A stretch of 64,000 nucleotides of DNA from an uncultured Planctomycetaceae bacterium (GTDB lineage Bacteria > Planctomycetota > Planctomycetia > Planctomycetales > Planctomycetaceae), in assembly GCA_963815195.1 (NCBI GenBank), contig CAWFGE010000013.1, positions 256,001 to 320,000 of the forward strand. Direction: 5' to 3'. Below the pieces are notes generated by a model that was given only the letters and a program-made list of their open reading frames with translations, was not told the origin of the DNA and ran no database searches. This document shows, piece after piece, positions 20,422-31,579 of this stretch (its first letter is position 1; each line of letters begins with the position of its first letter). The translations under genes and the position numbers were made by a program.

Positions 20422-21435
20422 ATGGCTAAAGCCGATCCTAATAAGCTTAAAAAAACCAAAGACATCGGGTCGCGGGACATTTTGTTTTCGGTCGTCCTGG
20501 TCGAGGGCAGCGGGCGGTTGTATGTGGCGAGTTCGGACTTCAAGGTGCACGAAATCGACACCGCCGCCGACAAGCCGGAGTTCAAAGCCTTCGAGGGCGA
20601 AGGCCATCAAAGTTACGTCACCTCGCTGGTGATGTCCGCGGGCGGGTTGGTTTCAGGCAGCTACGACGGCAAACTGATCTGGTGGAACCCCGAAGACCAT
20701 AAACCGGTCCGCAAAGTCGATGCCCACGACCGCTGGATTCGCCAACTCGCCGTCAGCCCGGACGGCAAAACCATCGCGAGCGTGGCGGACGATATGGTCT
20801 GTAAACTCTGGGAAGCCGAGACCGGGAAGGCCATCCGCAGCTTCACCGACCATAAGGAAATGACGCCGAACCATTATCCCTCGATGCTGTATGCCGTGAC
20901 CTTTTCCGCCGACGGCCATCTAATCGCCACGGGCGACAAAGTCGGACACGTCGCAATCTGGGACGCGGCCACGGGCGAAAAAGTCGGCGAAGTCGAAGCC
21001 CCCGTGCTTTACACCTGGGACCCGCGTGCCCGCCGGCATTCTATTGGCGGCATCCGCAGCCTCGCGTTTTCGCCCGACGCGAAGCAACTCGCCGTCGGCG
21101 GCATCGGCACCATTGGAAATATCGATCACTTAGGCGGACCCTCCCGCGTCGAACTCTTCGATTGGCAATCGCAAAAACGCCAGCACGAAATCGAAGACAA
21201 CAAGCTCAAAGGCCTCGTCGAGCAATTGACTTATCATCCCGAAGCCGATTGGCTCCTCGCGGTCGGCGGCGACAACGGCGGCTTTGTCACCTTCTACGAT
21301 CCCAAGACGGGCAAGTTGATCAACCAGGAAAAAGCCCCGATGCATGTCCACTCGGCCGCGTTTTCCAAAGATCTCACAACGCTCTACACCGTCGGCCACA
21401 ACAAAATCGCCATCTGGGAACTCAAAGGCGAGTGA
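20422..21435 (+). CDS. WD40 repeat protein
   Basis: Repeated GH...LVSGSYDGKLIWW, AH..WIRQLAVSPDGKTIASVADD and FSADGHLIATGD units. Confidence 0.9.
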   Translation: MAKADPNKLKKTKDIGSRDILFSVVLVEGSGRLYVASSDFKVHEIDTAADKPEFKAFEGEGHQSYVTSLVMSAGGLVSGSYDGKLIWWNPEDHKPVRKVDAHDRWIRQLAVSPDGKTIASVADDMVCKLWEAETGKAIRSFTDHKEMTPNHYPSMLYAVTFSADGHLIATGDKVGHVAIWDAATGEKVGEVEAPVLYTWDPRARRHSIGGIRSLAFSPDAKQLAVGGIGTIGNIDHLGGPSRVELFDWQSQKRQHEIEDNKLKGLVEQLTYHPEADWLLAVGGDNGGFVTFYDPKTGKLINQEKAPMHVHSAAFSKDLTTLYTVGHNKIAIWELKGE

Positions 21436-21715
21436 GCGGCACGGCGCTAGCCGCCGGCCTTGGAATCTCCATTGAAAAGGCCGGGGGCTAGCGCCCTTCC
21501 GCTCCATTGAAAAGGCCGGGGGCTAGCGCCCTTCCGCTCACTTGAAAAGGCCGGGGGCTAGCGCCCTTCCGCTCCATTGAAAAGGCCGGGGGCTAGCGCC
21601 CTTCCGCTCCATTGAAAAGGCCGGGGGCTAGCGCCCTTCCGCTCCATTGAAAAGGCCGGGGGCTAGCGCCCTTCCGCTCCATTGAAAAGGCCGGGGGCTA
21701 GCGCCCTTCCGCTCA
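21432..21715. repeat. BIME-like array: one inverted REP plus seven tandem 35-bp REP units
   Basis: Unit CTCCATTGAAAAGGCCGGGGGCTAGCGCCCTTCCG x7 (21467..21711; unit 3 has CTCACTTG), with no spacers. An inverted copy at 21433..21459 overlaps the WD40 stop codon. Confidence 0.9.
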
Positions 21716-21764
21716 CATTTTGCGACGTCGCGCAACGTCAAATCTGGTCCTTCGGGCGATTGAT

Positions 21765-22894
21765 TTAACTCGGCCGCGTGCCGGGCATTTGGCCGGAGAT
21801 TTGATAGACGTAGGCCATGATCTCCACGAAGACTTCATACATATCCAGCGGGATCTCCTGGCCGATTTTCACCTGCTGATAGAGCGCCCGCGCCAGCGGC
21901 TTGCGTTCGATGATCGGGATGCCGTGGCTCGCCGCGATCTCGCGGATCCGCCGGGCAATCTCCCCTTGCCCCTTGGCAATGACCGTCGGAGCGCTCATCG
22001 TGTTGGGATCGAATTGGATCGCCACCGCGATGTGCGTCGGGTTGGTGATGATCACATCCGCATTGGGCACCTGGCCGAGTTCGCGGGCCTGGGCGAGTTT
22101 GCGGTGCGTGTCCCGGCGGCGCATCCGCGTGGCGGGATCGCCCTCAAAATTCTTCAGTTCATCGCGGACTTCCTGCTTCGTCATCCTGAGGTCCCGGGTG
22201 AGCTTCCACCGCTGGAACGCATAGTCGATGATCCCTAAGACGATCAACGCCGCCGCCATCTCGAATGCCAATCGAATCGCGGAACTCCACAGATAGGCCA
22301 TCAAAGGCGGGGCGATCGCCCGCTCGCGGAAGTCGTCGCCGGGATCGTCCTCCGCCGTGGTTTGCCATTCCACGTCGAGAATCGCCAACGTGTGAGGCAT
22401 CGCGCGGGACACAAACAGGACTGCGATTGCGACCACGATCGTCAACTTGCCCAGGCTCACGCCCAACCGCATCACCGATTGCACCGAGAACAGCCGCCCG
22501 AAACCGGTCAGCGGATTGATCCGGGCAAAATTCGGCTGAAGCGATTCCCAAGAGACGAGAAACCCGAACTGCATCAGGTTCAAAGCCACGCCCACCAAAA
22601 CCATCGACGCCATGATCGGCAGCACAATGGGCGCGGCGAATTCCAAGAGCGCCCTGAGTTGATGGACCGCCTCGCCGGGCTGCAATTCGATGCTCGGTTT
22701 TTCGAGACGGTGATGAAGCATCTCGGCCAGCGAGCGCGTGCTGGACATCCCGAAAAAGAGCATCACGGCCGCCGCCGCGAGCATCCCGCCCGCCGCGTTC
22801 AAATCGGAGTCTGCGCAACCTGGCCTTTCCGCCTCGCCTCCTGCCGGCGAAACTCGGTCGGCTCCTCGGTGCGATCGCCAAAATCCTCGGGCAA
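21765..22894 (-). CDS. flhB: Flagellar export switch FlhB (frameshift near 22808)
   Basis: TTG start after AGGAG gives MPEDFGDRTEEPTEFRRQEARRKGQVA. The next frame has RINPLTG, LRMTKQEVRDE, the ITNPTH autocleavage motif and KPLARALY. Confidence 0.92.
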
Positions 22895-22920
22895 GCGGAC
22901 AAGCTCCTAATGCGAAACGA

Positions 22921-23918
22921 TCAATAACCCACAAGCGTCACCTTGAGCCGTTCGATCACGACGGGAATTAAATCGACAAGAAGATGCGCGGTGCCCGCCA
23001 GCGACAGCGAGAGGATGAAGATGTTGATCAACGCCCGGATGGGAAAGCCGAGGTTTAACACGTTGATTTGCGGGACCGTGTGGCTCAAAAAACCCATCGT
23101 GAGCGCCGTGAAGGACATCGCGACCAACACCGGAGCCGCGACTTGGATTCCGAGCACCAGCGACTGGTGCACGAGATTGCTGATCAGATCGGCGGCCGGT
23201 TGCGAGATCCAAGCCTCTCCGACGGGAATTGCTTGAAAGGTGTCTAACAGCGCGGAGACGACCAACAGATGCCCGGGCACCGGCGGCATCGTCAAGAACA
23301 CCATCATGCCGAACAGATAGAGCACTGCCCGCTGAGGCCCGCGTTCACGCCGAAGCCGGGGTTAAATACGCTGCTCAAGCCGATGCCCGTTTGCTGGTCG
23401 ATCAACTCCCCCGCAAGCTGGAGTCCGGAAAATACAATGGATAGTCCTAGGCCGAGAACGAATCCAAACGACAACTCCCGTGCCGCAACAACGCTCCAGC
23501 CCAAAAGCGAATGCGGCGTCTCGAAGCGATACCGCCATTCCCGGCGGGTGATCGGAAAATCCTTGGGTTTGCCTTGCTCACGATTGAGCCGCTCGAACCG
23601 GGCATGCTGCGCTTCGGGGACTTCCGCTTTCGTCAATCGGCCGTCGCGGTTTCGATCGAACTCGGCAAACGCCCGCCGGGCTTGATTGGGGAGCGCCGGC
23701 GTGACCAGAACCGCGCAGGCGATGACGATCAGGATCCGGACCTGGGCCGGCACCGCGGATTGGCCGAGGAGCGGCCCGACAAGCATCAATCCGCTGATTC
23801 GCACGAAGACGAGCGAGAACAGATAGAACTGGGCGATCGCCGCGCTTAAGAGCCCTGACTGACCGAGGGCGAGAAAATCCGGCCAGAGATTCCCGAGAGC
23901 GTGTTGTGCGGGTTCCAT
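22921..23918 (-). CDS. fliR: Flagellar export gate FliR with inserted EF-hand (frameshift near 23325)
   Basis: LVFVRISGL..P, ELSFGFVLG, QLAGELIDQQTG, then GHLLVVSALLDTF, IQVAAPV and PQINVLNLGFP. Lies between fliQ and flhB. Confidence 0.9.
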
Positions 23919-23963
23919 AGCTCACCCGGCGATCGCGGGCCTTTCCGGCGGGACGGCGAACAT

Positions 23964-24230
23964 TCAAAACGACGAGGGAACTTGCTGAAACAGATCTTGG
24001 GAGTATTCCACGATTTCGCTAATGACCCAAGGCAGCGTATAGAGCACGGCCAGCATCATCGCCACAATCTTCGGAACAAAACTGAGCGTCTGGTCTTGAA
24101 GCTGTGTGACAGCTTGAAACATGCTGATCACCAGCCCCACGGCGATCGCGGTCAATAGTGCCGGCGCTCCGATCAACAGCGACAGCACCAGGGCCGATCG
24201 CATCAATTCCACCGCATGGTCTGGAGACAT
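23964..24230 (-). CDS. fliQ: Flagellar export gate FliQ
   Basis: VGLVISMFQAVTQLQDQTLSFVPKI. Confidence 0.95.
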   Translation of the reverse strand: MSPDHAVELMRSALVLSLLIGAPALLTAIAVGLVISMFQAVTQLQDQTLSFVPKIVAMMLAVLYTLPWVISEIVEYSQDLFQQVPSSF

Positions 24231-24269
24231 CGGCGGCGCCCCTTCGATATTCTCGTTCATTGACAATTG

Positions 24270-25205
<936 letters not shown>

Positions 25206-25240
25206 GGAAGGACCTGGCCAGCGTGGCCGATGGGAACGTG

Positions 25241-25897
25241 TTACGAGTTTGCGAACGTGTTGAGTCGGGCTTCAAGTTCCTGGCGGGCACTCGACTCGTG
25301 CGAGGCGTCGCGGTTGGCGGATGAAAACGATTGGCTCAATAACCGGCTGAAGAACGACGGGCTTTCTGAATCGGTTGGATCCTCGGCCCGGCAAAGGTTC
25401 GTGAAGGATGCGACTTCGTGTGGCTCGGTGAACTCGGTCAATGTCGAGAGATGTTCGCCCGCCGATCCGACGAGCAGAATCCTCTGCCCGACTTTCAAGG
25501 CATAGAGGGTGTGCCGATTGGGAAGCGTCGTCATGCCCAGCACCTGGCACGCGGAATCCGGGAGCGGCTTCATCGCTCCGAACGGGCCGAGATGCTTCAT
25601 GGCTTTAACGGCCCCGATAATGCCCGCGGCGATGAACGTCAAAACGCCCAGGACGCGCCACATCGAAAACGGCTGCGATTTGGAGCGCGAGGCGTCTTCG
25701 GCGGCCGCCGGTTCGCGGCGCGGGGAAATGAGTTGCCGCCGGCTGCGCGCATTGGCCGCTGCCGGTTCGCGGGGGATTTGTTTTTGAGACTCCGGTTGGC
25801 GGACGTTGGCCGGACCGCGGAGCGCATCTTGCGGAAAGGCCGATGAACACATCAAGCCGAGAAGCAGACTGAAAGAGAATCGGAGTTGGCGCATCAT
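25241..25897 (-). CDS. fliO: FliO/FliZ flagellar protein
   Basis: Signal/TM helix plus [24 protein letters not shown]. Lies between fliN and fliP. Confidence 0.8.
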   Translation of the reverse strand: MMRQLRFSFSLLLGLMCSSAFPQDALRGPANVRQPESQKQIPREPAAANARSRRQLISPRREPAAAEDASRSKSQPFSMWRVLGVLTFIAAGIIGAVKAMKHLGPFGAMKPLPDSACQVLGMTTLPNRHTLYALKVGQRILLVGSAGEHLSTLTEFTEPHEVASFTNLCRAEDPTDSESPSFFSRLLSQSFSSANRDASHESSARQELEARLNTFANS

Positions 25898-25929
25898 ATC
25901 CGCGGTGGTTTCTGTTTTCTGTCGGGGCG

Positions 25930-26511
25930 TTAGCCGTGGGGAGTCAAGATCTCCGCCACGCGGACGCAGAAGTTGTCGTTGAGCACGAGCACCTCGCCGC
26001 GGGCGATCAGGCGGCCGTTGACGAGAATATCCACGGGGTCGCCCGCCAGCTTGTCCAAAGGGACAACGGAGCCTTCCTTGAGTTGGACGACCTCTTCAAT
26101 CAGCAATTCCGTGCGGCCGAGTTCGATCCGTAAATCGAGCTCCACGTCTTGCAAGATGTCGAGCGGTTGCTTGGTCCGCCGTTCCGGCCGGCCGCCGTCA
26201 AACGGTTCCAAATCAAACGCCGACGGCTCCCCGAAAACCGCGGTGGGGTCGGGCATGTGGATGGATCCGGAAAGCGCCTCTTCGAGATGGGCTTCCGCGT
26301 CGTCGAGCGTCTGCTCAGGATCGGATTCCTCTTCATCGAGCGGTCGGCCGGCGGCATCGTCGTCGTCATTGCTCCCGCTTGTGTGTTGTGCTTTGGATGC
26401 AGCGGTCGGTTCTCGGGGCGGACTTTCCTCCCCAGCGTCGGAGTCGTCTTTCGGCGCGTTGAGCAAAGCGTCGATTTCGTCGGGATTGAGGTAATCCTTC
26501 TCGCCGGTCAC
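25930..26511 (-). CDS. fliN: Flagellar motor switch protein FliN with N-terminal EIDALL peptide
   Basis: SPOA domain LQDVELDLRIELGRT...LDKLAGDPVDILVNGRLIARGEVLV.NDNFCVRV. Confidence 0.92.
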   Translation of the reverse strand: MTGEKDYLNPDEIDALLNAPKDDSDAGEESPPREPTAASKAQHTSGSNDDDDAAGRPLDEEESDPEQTLDDAEAHLEEALSGSIHMPDPTAVFGEPSAFDLEPFDGGRPERRTKQPLDILQDVELDLRIELGRTELLIEEVVQLKEGSVVPLDKLAGDPVDILVNGRLIARGEVLVLNDNFCVRVAEILTPHG

Positions 26512-26600
26512 GACTCAGCTCTCATGAAAAGAAGCGATGATAATGGTTCCACGGCCGATTGCTTCGAAACGAGCCCCGAAGAGTCACGCGTGAGAACCGG

Positions 26601-27047
26601 CTACTGTTCCATCGTGCGGAACTGGCTGATGATGATATCGTTCACGTAGCTTTTATGTAGGACCTTGTTGATCTCTTCCTTGATTTGCCGTTTGAAGACG
26701 CTCAGTTCGGGATCCTGCAGGTCTTCGAGGCTCGCGCTGCGGGCAACCTTGATCACGGCCTGATGCACGCGGGCCTGCTTGCTTTTGCCGACCAACTCGG
26801 CGAACGCGATGTCCTGGCCCTCGGCGACGGTGGCCACCAGCTTGAACCGCACATGAATCACCGAACCCGGAGCCGCCAGGCTGTTGCTCACGCTAAACGA
26901 ATCGATGGGAACCTCGACGGTGTCGGGTTCCGAGGCCTCTTCCTCGGCGTTCGGTTCGTCCCCGGTCTTCGGCCCGCTGATCATAAAATACGTGCCGCCG
27001 GCGGTGACGATCATGGTGACGAAAATGATGAGAATATACTTGACCAT
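26601..27047 (-). CDS. fliL: Flagellar basal body-associated FliL
   Basis: Single N-terminal TM helix and a C-terminal KRQIKEEINKVL...DIIISQF. Directly downstream of motB. Confidence 0.8.
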   Translation of the reverse strand: MVKYILIIFVTMIVTAGGTYFMISGPKTGDEPNAEEEASEPDTVEVPIDSFSVSNSLAAPGSVIHVRFKLVATVAEGQDIAFAELVGKSKQARVHQAVIKVARSASLEDLQDPELSVFKRQIKEEINKVLHKSYVNDIIISQFRTMEQ

Positions 27048-27182
27048 GATGGGTTATGAGGAAATCCAGATTAAAAGACGGGCGCGGAACGCGATCATCA
27101 AAACGGACCGGCGGCGGCTTGCTGTGAAAACCGTTCCACGTTTTCAGATGACGGGGATCGGGACAGGACTCGAGCGTCCCAA

Positions 27183-27927
<745 letters not shown>

Positions 27928-27928
<1 letters not shown>

Positions 27929-28707
27929 CAAGCGGCCTCTTTCTCGCCGGCGTTTCGTTCGTTGGCGGGAAGCATCGTGTTCAGTTTTTGCTCCAGCACC
28001 CGCGGGTTGTCCCCCTCCTGGATGGCTAAAAGTCCGCGGACGATGACCTCCCGAATCTCGAGCTCGCGTTTGCTATAAAACGCCAGCTTGTCGGCGAACG
28101 GGAGAAAAAACAGGTTGGAGACGATCGCCCCGTAAAGCGTGGTGATCAAGGCCACGGCCATCCCCGGGCCGATGGCTTCGGGGTCGTCCATGTTGCCGAG
28201 CATGATGATCAGCCCCATCAACGTGCCGATCATTCCAAACGCGGGAGCATACCGGCCGACGGTATCCATCAGCGATTTGCCGGTTTTATGCCGTTGGCTG
28301 ATGGCCTCCATTTCGGAACGGAGGATCGCCTCCATCAGCTCGGCATCGGTGCCGTCGACGGCCATTTGGATCCCGAGGAGGACAAACGGATCGTCGATGT
28401 CGGCCGTTTTGTTTTCCAAGGCGAGAATCCCGTCCCGCCGGGCCAGTTCGGCGAACTCGATCAGCTGCGCGATCACCGGCCCCATGTCCTTGGTGTTCGG
28501 CATAAACACTTTTTTCAGGATCTTGGGGGTCGACAGCAACGTGCGGAGCGGGAAGGCGATGCAGCACGCCGAGATCGCTCCGCCGATGACCACCGCCGCG
28601 GACGGATAATCGATGAACGAACTAAAGCTCGATCCGGGAGCGATCACAATGGAGAGCAGCAAAAGCGCCACTCCCATCGCCAAGCCTCCCACCGTTGCCT
28701 TATCCAT
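27928..28707 (-). CDS. motA: Flagellar stator MotA/PomA
   Basis: ARRDGILALE, APAFGMIGTLMGLI, GPGMAVALITTLYG, IQEGDNPR. Confidence 0.95.
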
Positions 28708-28722
28708 CGAACGCCGGTTCCT

Positions 28723-28917
28723 TTAATGCATGAAGGCCGATTGAATCAAACGCCGATATTCCAGGCTCCGCCGGACGACCTCTTCCATGGATTCTTGCAC
28801 GATCACGCGATCGTTCGAGGTGAGCGTGATATAGGTGTCCGGCCGCGACTCCACGGACCGAATCAACTCGGCATTCAGCACGAAGGGATCGCCGTTGAGT
28901 CTGGTGAGCTTTATCAT
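28723..28917 (-). CDS. flbD: Flagellar FlbD/SwrD family protein
   Basis: MIKLTRLNG..FVLNAELI..VE..PDTYITL. Lies between flgE and motA. Confidence 0.9.
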   Translation of the reverse strand: MIKLTRLNGDPFVLNAELIRSVESRPDTYITLTSNDRVIVQESMEEVVRRSLEYRRLIQSAFMH

Positions 28918-28960
28918 GGTCTGTGTACGGTTTATATATGAATTGCGAAAGGTTGATCGA

Positions 28961-29262
28961 GAGCCGCGAAGCGGCGCTAGCAATTCACTGATCGCTTTTA
29001 TTTCCTGAACTTGCTGTCGCCGCTTCGCGGCTTATGAAATCTTGGTTCTCTCTCTGCGGGCTTACGCCCGCAGCTATCTGCTACCGCCGCTTCGCGGCTA
29101 AGCCAAGGTTCCCTTTTCGTGCAGGTTCTCGGCTAAGAATTGGCGAAAAACTCTCTCATGCTTTGTGTCTCTCAGCTTTGTGTCTCTCTGCCGGAACGCG
29201 CTAGCGTCCGGTTCCTCGGGTGCGGAAAACAAAACCGGGGGCTAGCGCCCGGCGGCTGATGA
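28961..29262. repeat. Cluster of REP-like elements (AGCCGCGAAGCGGCG family C, plus a family A doublet)
   Basis: AGCCGCGAAGCGGCG at 28962 and its inverse CGCCGCTTCGCGGCT at ~29018 and ~29085. Family A doublet at 29190..29262. Confidence 0.75.
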
Positions 29263-29292
29263 ATCTTTTGTGTTTGTAACACCACCTGTTGT

Positions 29293-30993
29293 TTATCGTC
29301 CGAGCAGGAGCAGTTCGTCGACCAACGTCTGGACCGAGCTGATCACGCGGGCGTTGCCTCGGTAGTTCGTCGATGCCAGTATCAAATCCACGAGGTTCTT
29401 TCCGATGTCGGTATTCGAAAGCTCCAAAGCGCCCGAGCGGACGGTGCCGATGCCGAAGTCTCCCGGGGCCGAAAGAAACGGCGTGCCGGAGCTGATTCCC
29501 TCGCGGAAGGTCGAAGAGCCTTCGTCGAGCAGGCCTTGGGGGTTGGTAAAGCGGGCGAGCACGAATTGTCCGAGCGGGCGCGTCACGCCGTTGTCGAAGA
29601 CCCCGGTGATCGTGCCGTTTTCCTGGGTGATAAAGCTCACGAGCGTCCCCGGGGGCGACCCGTCTTGCGAAGCCATCGTCACGTTGCTTTGGGCGTTGGT
29701 CAAGCCGGAGATATTGCTAAAGTCGGCGGTAATTTGCATGGGGCTGACGGCGGCGGTGCTGTTGCGGTCGATGGAAAACGTCTGCTGGCCGCCGCTCAGC
29801 AATTTGCCTTCTCCGTCAAAGACAATCGTCCCGTTCGAGAGGGCGATGTCTTGATCGCTGTCGTCCTGGCTGTCCAGGAGGTAGCGGAAGGTCGTTGAGT
29901 TCGCCGTATTGGATTCGAGCGTTGCCGAGAGCGTGACGGTGAGAGGTTGGCCGAGCGAGTCGTAAACGATGAAGTCTGCCGTGGTGCTCTCGCCGTTCGC
30001 GGCCTGGGACTTGGTGAAGTTGATGCCGGCCGGCTGATTGATGCCGCTATTCGAGACGAGCAGGTTATTGGAGCCGATGACCAGATCGTTGACGGTGCCG
30101 CGATTCCCGGTGATTTGGATCTGTCCGGTTCCGTCGATGGTCACGCCGGGCTGCGCGCCGGTCACGGTGTCGTTGGGGACGGTGCCCCCGGATTGGATGC
30201 CCAGCGTATTGTCGATCAGGGTGAGCAGGTCGCCGACGGAGGTCGTCCCGTTGATATCCAGAGTGTTCGCGGGCATCGTGCGGTCGCCCTTTTGTCCGTT
30301 GAACGTGATGGTCTCACCCGAAGGGAACAGCGACGTGCCCCCGGCGTCGGTGACGTTGACCAACAGCGATCCCGCCGTGGCGGGACCGGGGCCGGCCGTC
30401 GCGTCCAAAAGCGCATCGCCCACGAGCGAAGCTCCTTGCGTTCCGATTTCCCCGTTGGGATTCAAAGCCCCCTTGAAATCGACCTGTTTCGTGCTTTCGG
30501 CGACGTTCAATTCTCCGAGCGGGATTTGAAGGTCGGTCAACTGCGTGGTGACGAGGTTGAAATCCTGATCGATTCCATAGCCCTGGACGCGCAATCCCTG
30601 CGAATTGACCAAATCGTTGGAGCTGTTCAAATTGAAGTTGCCGTTGCGGGTATACAAGTCGCCGGTGTTGTCTTTGACAACGAAAAAGCCGTCGCCTTGA
30701 ATCGCAAAGTCGGAAGGGCTCGTGCTGTTGGAAATGCTGCCTTGGCTGAAGTCCCTTTCGACCGCGGCCACCATAGCGCCCAGGCCGATCTGGCGCGGGT
30801 TGGTCCCGCCGTTCGAGTCGGTCGCCCGCGAACCCACGGAGAGCGTCCGCGAAAGCTGCGACATGAATTGAACGTTCGAAGACTTAAAGCCCGTGGTGCC
30901 CGCGTTGGCGAGATTGTTGCCGAGCACGTCGATGGCTTTTTCATTGAGCGACAACCCGTTCAATGAAGTATTAAAAGCAGAGGTTAATCCCAT
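29293..30993 (-). CDS. flgE: Flagellar hook protein FlgE
   Basis: GNNLANAGTTGFK, DFSQG, AIQGDGFF, YTRNGNF, FTNPQGL, SGALELSNTD. Confidence 0.95.
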   Translation of the reverse strand: MGLTSAFNTSLNGLSLNEKAIDVLGNNLANAGTTGFKSSNVQFMSQLSRTLSVGSRATDSNGGTNPRQIGLGAMVAAVERDFSQGSISNSTSPSDFAIQGDGFFVVKDNTGDLYTRNGNFNLNSSNDLVNSQGLRVQGYGIDQDFNLVTTQLTDLQIPLGELNVAESTKQVDFKGALNPNGEIGTQGASLVGDALLDATAGPGPATAGSLLVNVTDAGGTSLFPSGETITFNGQKGDRTMPANTLDINGTTSVGDLLTLIDNTLGIQSGGTVPNDTVTGAQPGVTIDGTGQIQITGNRGTVNDLVIGSNNLLVSNSGINQPAGINFTKSQAANGESTTADFIVYDSLGQPLTVTLSATLESNTANSTTFRYLLDSQDDSDQDIALSNGTIVFDGEGKLLSGGQQTFSIDRNSTAAVSPMQITADFSNISGLTNAQSNVTMASQDGSPPGTLVSFITQENGTITGVFDNGVTRPLGQFVLARFTNPQGLLDEGSSTFREGISSGTPFLSAPGDFGIGTVRSGALELSNTDIGKNLVDLILASTNYRGNARVISSVQTLVDELLLLGR

Positions 30994-31026
30994 GTGTGTC
31001 CCCCTTGAGATTATTTGCGTCGATCA

Positions 31027-31116
31027 AGCCGCGAAGCGGCGGTAGCAGAGAGCTGCAGGCGTCAGCCCATCGAAACCGGAGGCTGGCGCCTATCGCTCAA
31101 GTTTTCAAACACGTTT
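31027..31116. repeat. Composite REP (family C plus family B) between flgD and flgE
   Basis: AGCCGCGAAGCGGCGGTAGCAGA followed by ACCGGAGGCTGGCGCCTATCGCTCAAGTTTTCAAACACGT. Confidence 0.7.
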
Positions 31117-31539
31117 TTACTCGACATACTGCACGTCCTTCAAAGCGATTTGATCGGAACCCACGCCGACGTAGGCGTTGCCGTCTTGAATGAAAGCCCG
31201 CTGAACGACGCCTTGGACCGTTTTTGAATTCCCGTTGACCGAGACGGTGCCGGAGATGGTTTTGCCGATCAGCGAGGCCGCGGAGGTGAGCTGTTCCTGC
31301 GAGCCGAGGTTCTTGAGCACGTCTCCCAACTCGGTGCTGGATTGCAGCGAACGCATTTGGGAAATCTGATTGAGCAGCTCTTCGTTCTTGGTCGGTTCGA
31401 GGGGATCCTGGTTTTGCAGCTGCACGATCATCATTTTCAAAAAGTCTTCCGAAGACAGGGCGTTAAAGCCCGTCTGGTCCTTCGAGACCGTCGGGGTGGA
31501 CGTCGCCGAGGACGCGGAGGAAGTCGCGGAAACAGTCAT
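31117..31539 (-). CDS. flgD: Hook capping protein FlgD
   Basis: DFLKMMIVQLQNQDPLEP..NEELLNQISQM; AASLIGKT. Confidence 0.93.
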   Translation of the reverse strand: MTVSATSSASSATSTPTVSKDQTGFNALSSEDFLKMMIVQLQNQDPLEPTKNEELLNQISQMRSLQSSTELGDVLKNLGSQEQLTSAASLIGKTISGTVSVNGNSKTVQGVVQRAFIQDGNAYVGVGSDQIALKDVQYVE

Positions 31540-31579
31540 GTCGGCAGTTCCTCAATAAGAGGGAGTCGTCGGTGAAAGA

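Noticed and set aside
21467..21711. CRISPR array
   Set aside because: The 35-bp units are directly adjacent with no unique spacers, no cas genes are present, and the unit matches dispersed REP-like elements.
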